Positions 45,720 through 56,776 of a stretch of 64,000 bases of DNA are shown in pieces. A model generated the notes under the pieces. That model worked only from the letters and a program-made list of their open reading frames with translations. It was not told the DNA's origin and searched no databases. The translations under genes and the position numbers were made by a program. This DNA comes from Neoechinorhynchus agilis (Eukaryota; Animalia; Acanthocephala), in the NCBI GenBank assembly GCA_051530055.1, contig CM121341.1:8968784-9032783 (forward strand). The letters run 5' to 3'. The stretch's first letter is position 1, and the number at the start of each line of letters is the position of its first letter.

Positions 45720-46145
45720 GAGAGGCGAATTTTTTAACCGAGCCGCACAATACAAAATAAATAAAACGTTTTAAAATGACGGACGAGGCTTCCTAATCGT
45801 GAAATATCTCAATATTTTCAATCCGAGGGGGGGGAATTATGACAGCAACACATCCTGAACTCTATAATCCCGCAGGATTTTTCTCTTGATAATAAATTCG
45901 TTATTTTGGAATTATGGTTATCAAAGTCCCGGATAGAAAATATTTCATTGAGATTTTTGGCGTGGCGACTTCTTTTAACCGAGTCGCACAATGGAAAATA
46001 AAGAGGTTTTTATAAGAATGATGAGGCTTCCTCCTTGCGAAATATCTCAATATTTTCCATCCGACAGGGAGATTACGAAAGCAACACATCCCGAACTTTA
46101 TAATCCCGCAGGATTTTCTCTTAGAGATTAAATTGGTTATTTTAA
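45720..46145. repeat. ~230-bp dispersed repeat, ~2 units
   Basis: High identity to 1945-2330. Confidence 0.85.
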
Positions 46146-46415
46146 GGATAGAAAGATGAACAGTTTTACCGAACAGCCAACCCTTTAAATGCGTTTTGCG
46201 CATCGTCGAAATCGAAGAGAAAATTGATATAACAGTGAAGTTTCCAATTATTGCCCATTTTGGTTTTCGATTTTTTAAAGTGCGTTCCTGTGTAAAAACC
46301 TCTTGTGTTGTGGCGATGTTGTTCCAATTTGAAACGAATTCAATACTGTTGTTTAAAAAAAGATAAATAGTTATTACTAAATAGCGTTCCTTTTTTAATC
46401 ATCACAAAGATTGAT

Positions 46416-47147
46416 TCACACATCGAGTTGCCAATTTGAAGCGAGACTGAGTGGCGCTGGTTCGCATAGTTCATCAAGTTTATGTTCGACCTGTTCAAAG
46501 TCGAGCAGGTCGCCAATTCTATTTTCCATGTTGTGTTTGTTCGGGCTAAAATCGATAAGTTCCCCGAATTCCTCCTCGTCGTGATGGTTCGTACAACAAT
46601 TGTTTCCATTAAGTATTTTTTGATTCGTATTCGAGGGATTGACCGAGGTGAATTGTTCGCTTATAACAGATCGTCTACAGACGGGCAGGGTGAGTCTTTT
46701 TTGGCATTTCGGATCCTCATTTTTGGGAGGAAGTGTTTCTGATCGAGTTCTTCGAATGGTCATCATTCCATTCACTGACTCACGAAACCACGCTGAAACT
46801 TTGTTTCGCTTCGTTTTAACTTTAATGGGAGATCGTGGTGGATCGTTCCCACTGACCGGTGACCTCGGATCAGGTAGGACGGTTGAAATTGTGCTCGTAT
46901 GACTGCAGTTCAAAAGTTCATCGTATTTATTTGGATGTAACGAATTGGACCGTCTTCTGGTCGCCGTATTAACGCTGCCCATCAATTCGCGTGAATGCAA
47001 GTTTGCTGGTGTGTTAGTCGATGTAATGGCGGGAGGCGGAGGTACACGCACGCGTAGCAGAGTGATTGCGCTTAGGAGTGAAGAATCCGTTTGGTCCGAC
47101 GAATCACCGAAAACGACGAAAACTGACAGTCTTTGAAGGTGGATCAA
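46416..47147 (-). CDS. Hypothetical Ser/Pro-rich protein (start uncertain; first ATG ~46985)
   Basis: 243-codon open frame with disordered-protein composition; no family recognised. Confidence 0.45.
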   Translation of the reverse strand: MIHLQRLSVFVVFGDSSDQTDSSLLSAITLLRVRVPPPPAITSTNTPANLHSRELMGSVNTATRRRSNSLHPNKYDELLNCSHTSTISTVLPDPRSPVSGNDPPRSPIKVKTKRNKVSAWFRESVNGMMTIRRTRSETLPPKNEDPKCQKRLTLPVCRRSVISEQFTSVNPSNTNQKILNGNNCCTNHHDEEEFGELIDFSPNKHNMENRIGDLLDFEQVEHKLDELCEPAPLSLASNWQLDV

Positions 47148-47199
47148 ACATTTTCGAAGAAGTCTAACAAGACAGACGAATCATTTAGTGGGTGAGGGC

Positions 47200-47918
47200 A
47201 TGTAGAGATCGATTTTATTATTATCCGTCTCCTCGGACCTCTTCAGGTTATTTGTAGGTTTTTTGTCCGATGAAAATGGATGAAACTTTTCGAGTGTTTG
47301 AAATGATGATAATAAAATCAATCTTTGTATCACCGAACAAAATAGAAACTTAAATGAATTTGGTTCGGTGATGTAGAGATCGATTTTATTATTATCCGTC
47401 TCCTCGGACTTTTTCAGGTTATTTGTAAGTTTTTTGTCCGATGAAAATGGATGAAACTTTTCGAGTGTTTGAAATGATGATAATAAAATCAATCTTTGTA
47501 TCACCGAACAAAATAGACACTGAAATGAATTTGGTTCGGTGATGTAGAGATCGATTTTATTATTATCCGTCTCCTCGGACCTCTTCAGGTTATTTGTAGG
47601 TTTTTTGTCCGATGAAAATGGATGAAACTTTTCGAGTGTTTGAAATGATGATAATAAAATCAATCTTTGTATCACCGAACAAAATAGACACTGAAATGAA
47701 TTTGGTTCGGTGATGTAGAGATCGATTTTATTATTATCCGTCTCCTCGGACTTTTTCAGGTTATTTGTAGGTTTTTTGTCCGATGAAAATGGATGAAACT
47801 TTTCGAGTGTTTGAAATGATGATAATAAAATCAATCTTTGTATCACCGAACAAAATAGACACTGAAATGAATTTGGTTCGGTGATGTAGAGATTGATTTT
47901 ATTATTATCCGTCTCCTC
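47200..47918. repeat. Tandem array of exactly 171-bp units (4.2 copies), each with a long internal inverted repeat
   Basis: Anchor TGTAGAGAT at 47201, 47372, 47543, 47714, 47885. Confidence 0.97.
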
Positions 47919-48029
47919 AACACACAATATTTCGCCCGTCTTCTCAGACTTTCTTTAAAACATTTTAGATTGTGATCGATATTTATTGAAGCTGCTATAA
48001 ACAAAATGTCGAATCTAACGCTACTCTCC

Positions 48030-49000
48030 CCATTGGTGATAATGATAGCGTGCGGAAAATCTTATAACTTTTGAACTCATACGAAGCATCGCATTGAACA
48101 AATGCGTAATCATCTTGGCTCCACAAGACACTTCCGCTTCACCCTGTTGAAGATCCGCTACCGAGTGAACTAAAACTTACAAATATGCATCTCGTTTTTA
48201 GTTTAAGATTCTCTTACCCATTGAGGTACAAATGTTGTGGTTCTCCATAATTCATTCTAAGGCGGCAATTAGTTCTAAGAAAAAAGCAATGAAATTCTAA
48301 ACCAAAACCCGATACGGATTTGGTAAATGAATAAGCATTTTGTTAGTTTCAATGAAGACTAAAAGGATCTCTTAAAATTTTTTTTGAACGAATCGTATTT
48401 TTTTCCATTTACACAACCACAACAACAAATCGGGCGTTTTCTTCAATCGCCTTTTCCAAAAGCTTCTCCGTTTAACTCAAATCAATTCCTGAGCTCGCAC
48501 AATGAAATGTTTCGTGTAATTTTTTTTGAAAGCAACTCCTTCATTTACACACCCACAACAAATCGTTTCAACAATCACCATCGTCCACGAAGAAGAGGCA
48601 TCGCTCTCCCCTCAGTGATCGCGACCACACTCGCTGCGTTTCCTCTTATCTATCGCGAGATCAATGTTTTGGCGCAGGAAGGCACCAGCTCTTTTTTTAA
48701 ATGACATCCGAATCTTTAACCACAGTAAAGGACGGCTTATTCATGAACCACTTCCTGGCATACCTTCCAATAGGTTTATTTGCTTGACGTCACCAAAGTT
48801 CGGCAATAAGAGGTAACGCCGGTTGTATACAGGAACTTTCCAAGGACTTTTGTGTGTTCTGCTCCTTGGTCCTTGCAACTCTCACTTCCATGCTATGTTT
48901 CACTTTATCATCTTCCCTGTACAAAGCACCTATTTACTTCATTCGCTGAGAAACAATATCCAATAAGCCAACTGGAGCTTATAGATGATATAAAGGAGAG
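48030..49000 (-). pseudogene. AMDHD2: N-acetylglucosamine-6-phosphate deacetylase remnant
   Basis: GVTSYCRTLVTS (~48785-48825) and NICTSM|HSVADLQQGEAEVSCGAKMITHLFNAML (48083-48250, across a GT-AG intron) match nagA/AMDHD2 motifs; stops, deletions and a CRE fragment disrupt it. Confidence 0.75.
48590..48700 (-). mobile_element. CRE 3'-terminal fragment
   Basis: Decayed RAGAFLRQNI.LAI.RGNAASVVA. Confidence 0.75.
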
Positions 49001-49134
49001 CCATTGCAGTATAAACGTTCTGGTGTTGGCCATTAAAAAACGAGATGAACATTCCCTCCCTGACTCAGTAGTACATAGTTCACCTTTGTTTAGTACATTT
49101 AGATCCGATGACTTAGCCCTGGGCTGAGTACAAA

Positions 49135-49698
49135 ATGTTTCTTGCTCTAATTGTAGCATTTTTGAACACCGTTGGGAGAACTAACCAACGCATTGTAACA
49201 ACGACAACCTCGTCTCAAGAGTCGAAGGAAGATTGCATTAGATATAACGTCCTAGTAGAAAGTCTCTTAGATCCATTAAGTAATGTGGATTTATGTGGTG
49301 ATCCGCTTAGAATTCGACGAGAGTACTGTTCATACATGAAAATATGGCCCATGCCTGACGAAGAAATCAGAAAGGTTTGCTTTTCGATCGGTTATACCCT
49401 TTCCGCAAGATGTGAGGACCGTGTGATTTATAGCGTTGATCATGCCCAAAGGGCCGATATTGTATGGGTCGATAACTATGGAAAATATCTGCAGTTTCTG
49501 ATATATCACACAGTTCTTAAAATCAGGCATATATTGAAAACTCGATGGCCAAAATTATTGCGGAAGGAAGTCGAACAAACAATAGTGCTTTTCAACCAAG
49601 GTTGCCCAGGATGGAGAAACTATATCCCGCACACACCAAAAAAAATGAAGAAAAAGATTAAAGATACCTGGAGACCACCTTCCTCGCTGTTATTCTAA
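49135..49698 (+). CDS. Hypothetical 187-aa protein, possible signal peptide, Cys-containing
   Basis: ATG-initiated ORF with hydrophobic N-terminus MFLALIVAFL; no family recognised. Confidence 0.5.
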   Translation: MFLALIVAFLNTVGRTNQRIVTTTTSSQESKEDCIRYNVLVESLLDPLSNVDLCGDPLRIRREYCSYMKIWPMPDEEIRKVCFSIGYTLSARCEDRVIYSVDHAQRADIVWVDNYGKYLQFLIYHTVLKIRHILKTRWPKLLRKEVEQTIVLFNQGCPGWRNYIPHTPKKMKKKIKDTWRPPSSLLF

Positions 49699-50243
49699 AT
49701 TTCCATAATGGGCGACAGTGTTTTTCGTTATGAACGAGAGTGGCTTTTAAAAACCCTTAAAGGTTTAATCCAGAAAGCAAAGTATTTCACGGACGAGAAT
49801 TTTATTTGATCAGCGTATTGCTTCTTCTGCGAGGGAAAATTTAGAGCGTTTCTTCGTTTTATTAACAGGGAAGGCCGAACTATTTAAGATCTTTTATGTA
49901 GAAAGAGAGCAATGTGGATCCATTGATGAAAGACTAACCTTCAAACGGGTTACATTATTTTCATTTTGTCATCTGAAGCAATTTTTTGTAAAGAAACGTT
50001 GCGATAGATCCAAAACGTATGTGTAATTCACAAGCTCATTATCTAGCTGCTGGAAAGTCTTAATGTTCAAAGTTGAAAATTTTTATTTGTGGGAAGATTG
50101 ACTGGTTCACTTTCTCGTGTTTTTGGCCCGCGTTGATGTTGAACGCACAAACGTAGATTTATCTTTAGTAGCACTTTTTTGAGAGTGGATTGGTGAGTTT
50201 TCGTTATTTTTCACTGTGTTGTACTAGCCTTTCAAATCCTAAG

Positions 50244-50942
50244 ATGGATTTATTAGGCGCGGATCTTGAAATCCTGCATCAGATTTCACTTCTTTCGAAA
50301 GTATGTTCTGAGCTGATCCACTTGGTCGATCAATCAGAAACAGTGACGGATTTTTGGAACAAACTTCAAGAAAATGATACCCCCCCCGAATTCGGTTAAT
50401 AAAGACGATGTGGACAAGTGGATACGATAAGAGATTAACGAAGCTTCGGTCTACATCCGCAGTCCTCAGTATCCTGTAGTGATCCGGAGATAAAACGGAC
50501 GCTGGATCACGACGAGCTGATCGGTGTGGAGAAACAGGAGGAGAATGAAGAGGAAATTTCGCCCCCTGGCACCATCGTTGTCGCTTTAGAAGATCACAAA
50601 GCTCTTCTCACTGTAGTCATGATTGTGGCCATCGTCAGAGATGGCGCAGCCGGAGATCCAAAAGTTCAGTGTTCAGAAATGGTCAACGTCGGTCTAAGGA
50701 CCAACATGATGAAGACACAGATCCACAGCTGGATGAAATATACGATGGCGAGGTGAAAAGGTCATGCAATTTGGATATGTTTCGTTGAAATCCAGGAGCG
50801 GCTAACCTACAGATACGATGGACTTGTCCATATTTCCAATCTAAAGCACAACCAACGCGCCGGTACTGTCAAAGACGTTGTATCCCAGGGCGACCTTGTC
50901 CAGGTGAAGGTCATCTCCATCGCTATTGGTAAAGTTCGTCTA
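50244..50942 (+). pseudogene. DHX8: DHX8/Prp22 pseudogene, N-terminal part (N-term, RS region, S1 domain)
   Basis: LHQISLLSKVCSEL; DPQLDEIYDGEVK.VMQFG; CFVEIQERLTYRYDGLVHISNL..VKDVVSQGDLVQVKVISIAIGKVRL; frameshifts and stops; truncated by the CRE insertion. Confidence 0.88.
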
Positions 50943-53900
50943 TGTTTATTTTTAGTGATTGAGAAAAAAGAGACTAATTTTATTAATTTTTATTAAAATT
51001 TACAAGTTTTGGAAGGTGATGTTCTGTGTAGCCGCTGTTTTCCTCACGCTGGCAGCATTGCCTCGTTGTACTGCGAGGGAGATGTTTTGTTTAAGGATAG
51101 ATGTCGCACGCGGGTCCCTTTTCATCGCCATCGAACTCTTGGCTATATCTGAAACCAGCTGAAGTGCGGATTCTCCGAGGGCCCCGACCGTTTCGATTCC
51201 GAAAGGCACAAAATGGAAGCTCTCCCTCAGCTCAGCGTATTTTGCCGCTCTCCGATGCTCCGCTGCGGTCGCCACAGCACCGGAGCCTCTACTGGCTAAA
51301 TCAGCGAAGGACTTGGCCATGGTGTCGGTGCAGGTTGCATCCCATAAGAGACAGGGCGCTTACCATCAGACCTGCACGGATTGCTCGGCTCCAAGAAGTT
51401 TGGAATGTTGATGGATGTCAGAGCTCTACTCAAGATCGCTTTGATTTCGTCATGTCTAGGCGACCGTCTGGCTGACCGAATGCGCATGATAGAGCATTTA
51501 ATCCTTTGGCGTCGACTTGCGAGCCACAGCGACATTCGTGTGGGAAGCAGATGAGAGCATCCAATCTCAAAGAGAAAGCTATCCGGAATGTTTCGTTGTC
51601 CAAAAGAGTCCCCAACTTTTCGGCCGGGATAGCTTCCAGCAAGGCGTCGGACTCCTTCGTCGAGCAAGCCATGAGTCGCGAACGTGACCTCTCGTCCAGT
51701 TGGTCTAGAAGTGATTTGTGAACCTGACTGCTTTTGGCACTTCTGGAGTATTGTGGCTTGTCCTACTTTTGATGTCCATGAGGAGAGAGCATTATTAAAA
51801 TGCTCTTCGTTGGACTCCGGATAGATCTTAAGGGAGTTCTCTCGACTAGCCGAAATCACGTCCTCCATGAGTCTGAGTCCTGAACCTCCGTAGTTGGAGG
51901 GTAAAGTCACTTGTTTCCACGAGGAATGGTCGAAATCGATATTGACGATTTGGCTGAGCTTATTCCGAAGAAGATCATTCGGACTCCATAGATCATCCTT
52001 GCACGCGAAGGCGGGTGCAGATCTCAGTCTGTGCAATAGGATGTAGAGGCAGTTTTTAATAAAAAAAAACGGCCTCGAGAGACTTTAGCTCTGAACATCT
52101 CTCACATATCAAACTCAGTACGTCCTTCGGAACATTCTCCTTGAAAACGCATGAACCCAGGAGACTGAAGTCACAAATATTGATTGGTTTGATGCCCGGA
52201 GCGACACTTTTGAATTGCTCGTAAACCTGCGAGCTTTCTGTATCGTCCATGTTCAGGAGCAACAATTCACACTTTGAGCTGTTCAACACGCGGCCTATCT
52301 TGGAGCTGATCTCGATGATTCGGTTAAGATCACCCAGAACAGAGAGAGTCATCTCCAAGGGTGCCGTCGTCCAGGTTCCACGCGTTGAATTTCGATTTTG
52401 GTGACCTCACCAATGGATTGATTGCATCGGGTCGAGACGGTCCCTCTGTTGCACTCCGCGTTGGGACCAGATAATGTTTCGATTATAAATCAGGGATGAT
52501 GGGCGAAGTAGGCTCTGAATAATTATTGTAAAGCCTGCGAGATGTTCATTTTAACCTCGTCAAGTAGGACATTCCGTTCCAGAGAATCGAAAGCATTTGT
52601 GAAGTCCACCTTCATGGCTACGCATCGATCCGTCGACGTTTCAACGAAGTTCCTTAAGGCGTGAACGATTGTTTCGGCTCCACAAGGAGAGCAACAGCCG
52701 AGTTGCGCTGAGCGGAGTAAGCAGCCAACAGTCGAAGAAACCCTTTTTGAAACGATTTTGGCCACTAAACACCTGAGTGTATTGAAAACAGCGATGGGCG
52801 GGTGCCACCCTCTCTTTTCGTTAGGGCGTAAAGGGAGACAGAGAATAGAAGCTGAGTAGGAAACGATCCTAGATTGTGGTATGCCGCTCCCAGCTGAAGT
52901 GAAGAAGACCATATCTTTTGGGTGTTGAGGACGTAAACCATTGACGCCGTGTCCTGAACCATTGGCAAAAGAAAATATCCCACGATTCAGCTCCTCGTCG
53001 GTATTAGGATCAATAGGATCGGTAGTAAGAGCGGGTGATAGTTGTTGTTCGGATGCATCCGCTACTGTTGGGCGACTAAGGTAGAAGAGGAGGATTCTCA
53101 GAACGTGGTTTCTGAGGATAAGATACGTACAACCCCTCGGATGTCTCCATAATTTAACTTAGTAGATACCCGAGCACCCGTTGAGCGAGATTTACCAGGC
53201 TTGAACGCGACTGAGACAGCTGAAGATTTTCGAGCTCTTTTCAAAAGATCGTCAAAGATGTCTTTGAAGTTCAGGATACGTTCTTTAATCGATTTCGTGA
53301 GGTTTTCGTCGGGTGTCAAGTCGTCCACACTTAATACCAAACGCGGGAACGCGAAGAGGTGTATCCATGCCATAGTTTCTCAGCATAGGCCGTTGCGACT
53401 TGGAAACGAGCACCTTTAAGGATCCTCTTGAGGATCCCACTTGGGAGAGCCGATACGAGCGATACGATGGGGGGGGCACTAGGCAACGGGTGGAGGAATG
53501 TGTCCTTCTCAATCTCAGACTTCACTGAATTAGGAGGATGGTTAGATCCTGGGAATCGGTAGGAAATCGGGCCGCGAATTCTGATAAGTCCTCCTTTGGT
53601 GATTTGGAAAGTCTTTCTACATATCGGGCATAGGCATCGGTGACATTGGCGAACGCTGCTTGGCTCGTTGGGTTGAGCAAGGAAGTCCGTGTGTCACGAC
53701 GCTGCGCTGGGCCAGATGTCGAGCAACCGAGTTGAACCTCGGTGCGATGACGGCGTGTTGCTGGCAGCTGGGCCTGATCAGGACGCTGACCAGGCCGGTC
53801 TCGTTGTGGTAAGGACAGCCGGGTATTGGAGGAGCAAGGCCTCGATGTTGTTGCTGGGCCTGATCAGGACGCTGACCAGGCCAGTCTCGTCGGGGTCACC

Positions 53901-54120
53901 AATTTAGCGGCGTAGTCCTTCTGGTCGTATTTAATGGCAGGGAATTCGGTTTCCGTGAAAAAGTGACGTGTAGTTTTCGACGATGAGAGTGGCAGTCTCA
54001 CTTCACGAAATGTACTATTCGAGATACTCTGGTCCTCGGTGGAATTCAATCCACTTGCTTTCGAGACCTTTGGGTTGTTGGAGGTAATTGTCGTCTGGAA
54101 GGAAGAGTGTCAAAGCCGCA
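50943..54120 (-). mobile_element. Near full-length decayed CRE-clade non-LTR retrotransposon
   Basis: Zn finger CPICRKTFQITKGGLIRIRGP..PGS; RPNEKRGWHPPIAVFNTLRCLVAKI; QLGCCSPCGAETIVH; KVDFTNAFDSLER; NAWNLDDGT; C.CG..H.LSC; RHDEIK; RLE ending LAVQRGNAASV; 3' UTR ending AAATAAACA. The 5' limit is approximate. Confidence 0.93.
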
Positions 54121-54399
54121 CTCGTCGGACTTTTTCAGGTCTAAAAGGTAGGTCAGGGTGGCTTTATTCTAGGTTTTAGCGTATAATCGGTCTTATTTGA
54201 CTGGAATGTGTCTCGATAATCAATGTACTTTGCTTCAATGATCACAGTTCCATATCGATCCTAACTTCGCCTCAATACATTGACGTTGTCAAAATCAATC
54301 TCATGATTTGATGCTCACTAATCCTGCATTATAGATTGATGGTCTGTCCAATATAAGGACTCGTGGGCAGTCTTTACATGGCTTCTTGTAGACGCACTC

Positions 54400-55090
54400 T
54401 TCCAAGATGGAGTTAGCTAAAGGATTAGCATTATTGGACAATTTGATGCTCTTATTCGACCTCGCCATTAATCATTAATGAACGGAATTTCCAAAAACCC
54501 GTTCTTTGGGTTAATATCCTGAAGGACCCGAATACAGCGAACTATTTTGCTACTCGGATAATCTCTCCTTATCAGCATGTCCCTCAGTAGATGTAGTTGA
54601 TGGCATAGAAGATTCCGATCAGAGTAATATCGAATGTTCTGTTTACTAAGGTTTTGATCTTCGCTATTTTGTAGGATACTGGTTCACACCATAAGGAACG
54701 TTCCCTTTTCAATACACCTGAGTCTTATAAACATCCCATTCTTAACAGATCACCCAATTCATCCTTAGAAAATGAAGACCGCTTCATCAGGATGAACGTG
54801 TCGTTAACATATCTGAGCGAAAGATTTATGCAAGGTAATGTGGCGATATGATCCTTCTCCCATTTCGCCATATAGAGCTCCGCCAGTGCAAGTGACGGCG
54901 GACTACAAATCGCGATACCATCAATCTGGTTATCTGGTACAGAACTGTAGTAATTGTCTCCATTCCACTTTGCTTAGGTTCCACGTGCCATTTTGTTCTT
55001 GGATTGGAATTGCAAGCTCAATTGCTTCTTTATTAGGTATTCTAGTAAACGTTGACATAACATCAGCTGAGAGCATAAATATATCGTCTG
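54400..55090 (-). mobile_element. Penelope-like element RT remnant
   Basis: LSADVMSTFTRIPNKEAIE; NQIDGIAICSPPSLALAELYM; LRYVNDTFI; IKTLVNR..RDYPSSKI correspond to PLE RT motifs (SFDV.SLFT.VP, Q.DG.AMGSP, RYVDDTF, NGYP). Confidence 0.8.
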
Positions 55091-55094
55091 TTCA

Positions 55095-55232
55095 GTTACC
55101 GGACGACCAGACATTGCCACCCGCCCGGACTCGTAATCCACTCTCAAATCAATAGCCAGATTCTTTTATCCAATTAGAACTCGAGTGTTTGTGGGGACTT
55201 CTTTGTGCATTAACAAATAAAACGTGTTATTA
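55095..55232 (+). mobile_element. 3'-terminal fragment of the L2/CR1-like LINE
   Basis: CCACCCGCCCGGACTCGTAATCCACTCTCAAATCAATAGCCA matches the reverse complement of ~5466-5510 and is followed by the same AATAAAACGTGTTATTA tail. Confidence 0.75.
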
Positions 55233-55269
55233 TTACAAGCCTCGATCTATGAGATCAATTCGTGGAGAT

Positions 55270-56200
55270 TATCAGGCCGTTAAATTCTCAGAGTATTTCT
55301 TCAAAGCTCCCATATTCACAATCGAACTTCTGTATACAAAACAGCAGGAAACGGACTATCTCGATGCTGCTTTGATTACAGTGATGCAGATTCACCTCAC
55401 ATAACCGGCTGGGGATATTCTTCTCTTCCTTACTGGCCAAGAAGGGATCGGTACTGCTTGTGAAGTCCTTTTTGCAAGAATGAAATCACTTGGACCTGAA
55501 GTGCCGGAACTTATCATCCTCCCGGTCTATTGGTCCTTGCCGAGCGAAATGCAAACTCGGATTTTTGAGCCCACTCCTCGAGGTAAGCGCAAAGTCGTCA
55601 TCACTACAAATATAGCCGAGACATCGCTAACAATCGATGGAATTTTTATGTCGTCGACCCCGGGGTTCTTTAAACAGAAGGTCTATAATCCCAAGACTGG
55701 GATGGATTCTATTGTAGTAACGCCAATTTCACAAGCTCAGGCTAAAGAGAGAACTGGACGAACTGGTCCTGGAAAATGCGACATTTATACCGAAAGAGCT
55801 CATCGGGATGAAATGCTAGCGACAATCGTGTCAGAAAGGTAATCGGAATCAATGACCTCCTTTCGCTTCTTCGCTTGACTGCCTCGTCATGGAGCAACTC
55901 CACGCATTAAACGCATTGTAGTGAAGGTTTTTAGTTTTCAGCATTTTGCCGTCTTTTTTAATTGATGAGACCAAAGCACGCATTAGACGATGAATGATTG
56001 CTTACGCGGCTTGGTCGTCGAATGGCTGAATTCCCAGCTATCCAAAATGCTTCTCATGTCCGTTCAACTTGAATGCAGCAGCATGATTAGTTAAATCAAT
56101 GTCAAGGAGACCATCTTACACTTTTGACCATCTACAATGGATGGAGATGTAATAATTTCTCCAACATTTGGTGCTAGGAGAATTTCGTCCAGGCACGTTA
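55270..56200 (+). pseudogene. DHX8: DHX8/Prp22 pseudogene, helicase C-terminal half
   Basis: [99 protein letters not shown]; internal stop, deletions and frameshifts. Confidence 0.93.
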
Positions 56201-56776
56201 GCTCACTTCATTAAAAACTTACAAGCAACCTTGATAAAAGCGTACAAGATTGTGCCTCCGAAATATCGGATTCAAAATAAAATCATTTCAATTTTTCTAG
56301 GCCATAAATCCTGAAAGTGTGTATTAGGCTGCCTAAAAAATCTTCAAGGAAAATCGAAGTAATATCCATAGTCAACTTGGTTTTTTTAGAACTCGAGTCC
56401 TTATCCGAATATAGTCGTCGCCAACCTTTTCGCGATACAAATGAAGTTGGAATGCCAAATGTGTAAGATCTACTTAATAGTAGACTTTAAAGAAAAAAGA
56501 AATTCTTATCGATAAGAGTCAACCAGTCATTTGATCTGTATTCCAAAATGGCAAATGGGGTTAAAAAGAAGAAGATCTGCACTTAAAATCACAACTCGTC
56601 ATTGAAAACCGAGGATGCGGGGATTTAAGAGTTTTAATGTGACGTTCATTACGATTTAGATCGATCGATAATTTTCAGGCCTAAATGAATAACATTGAAC
56701 TTTGGCCAATAACTTCATACCGACTACTGTATTTTAAGCTCCCTCGCAAAAACACAATTTCCTCACCGAATTCATG

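Noticed and set aside
47200-47918. Hammerhead ribozyme (CTGAAGA..GAAA on minus; CCGATGA..GAAAC on plus); alpha-satellite identity
   Set aside because: Stem I does not form on either strand and half the units break CUGANGA. The 171-bp length is the only resemblance to alpha satellite.
47181-47927. 248-aa repetitive ORF across the 171-bp array
   Set aside because: A unit length divisible by three makes one stop-free frame propagate; no protein features, and the inverted-repeat structure explains the sequence better. Not fully excluded.
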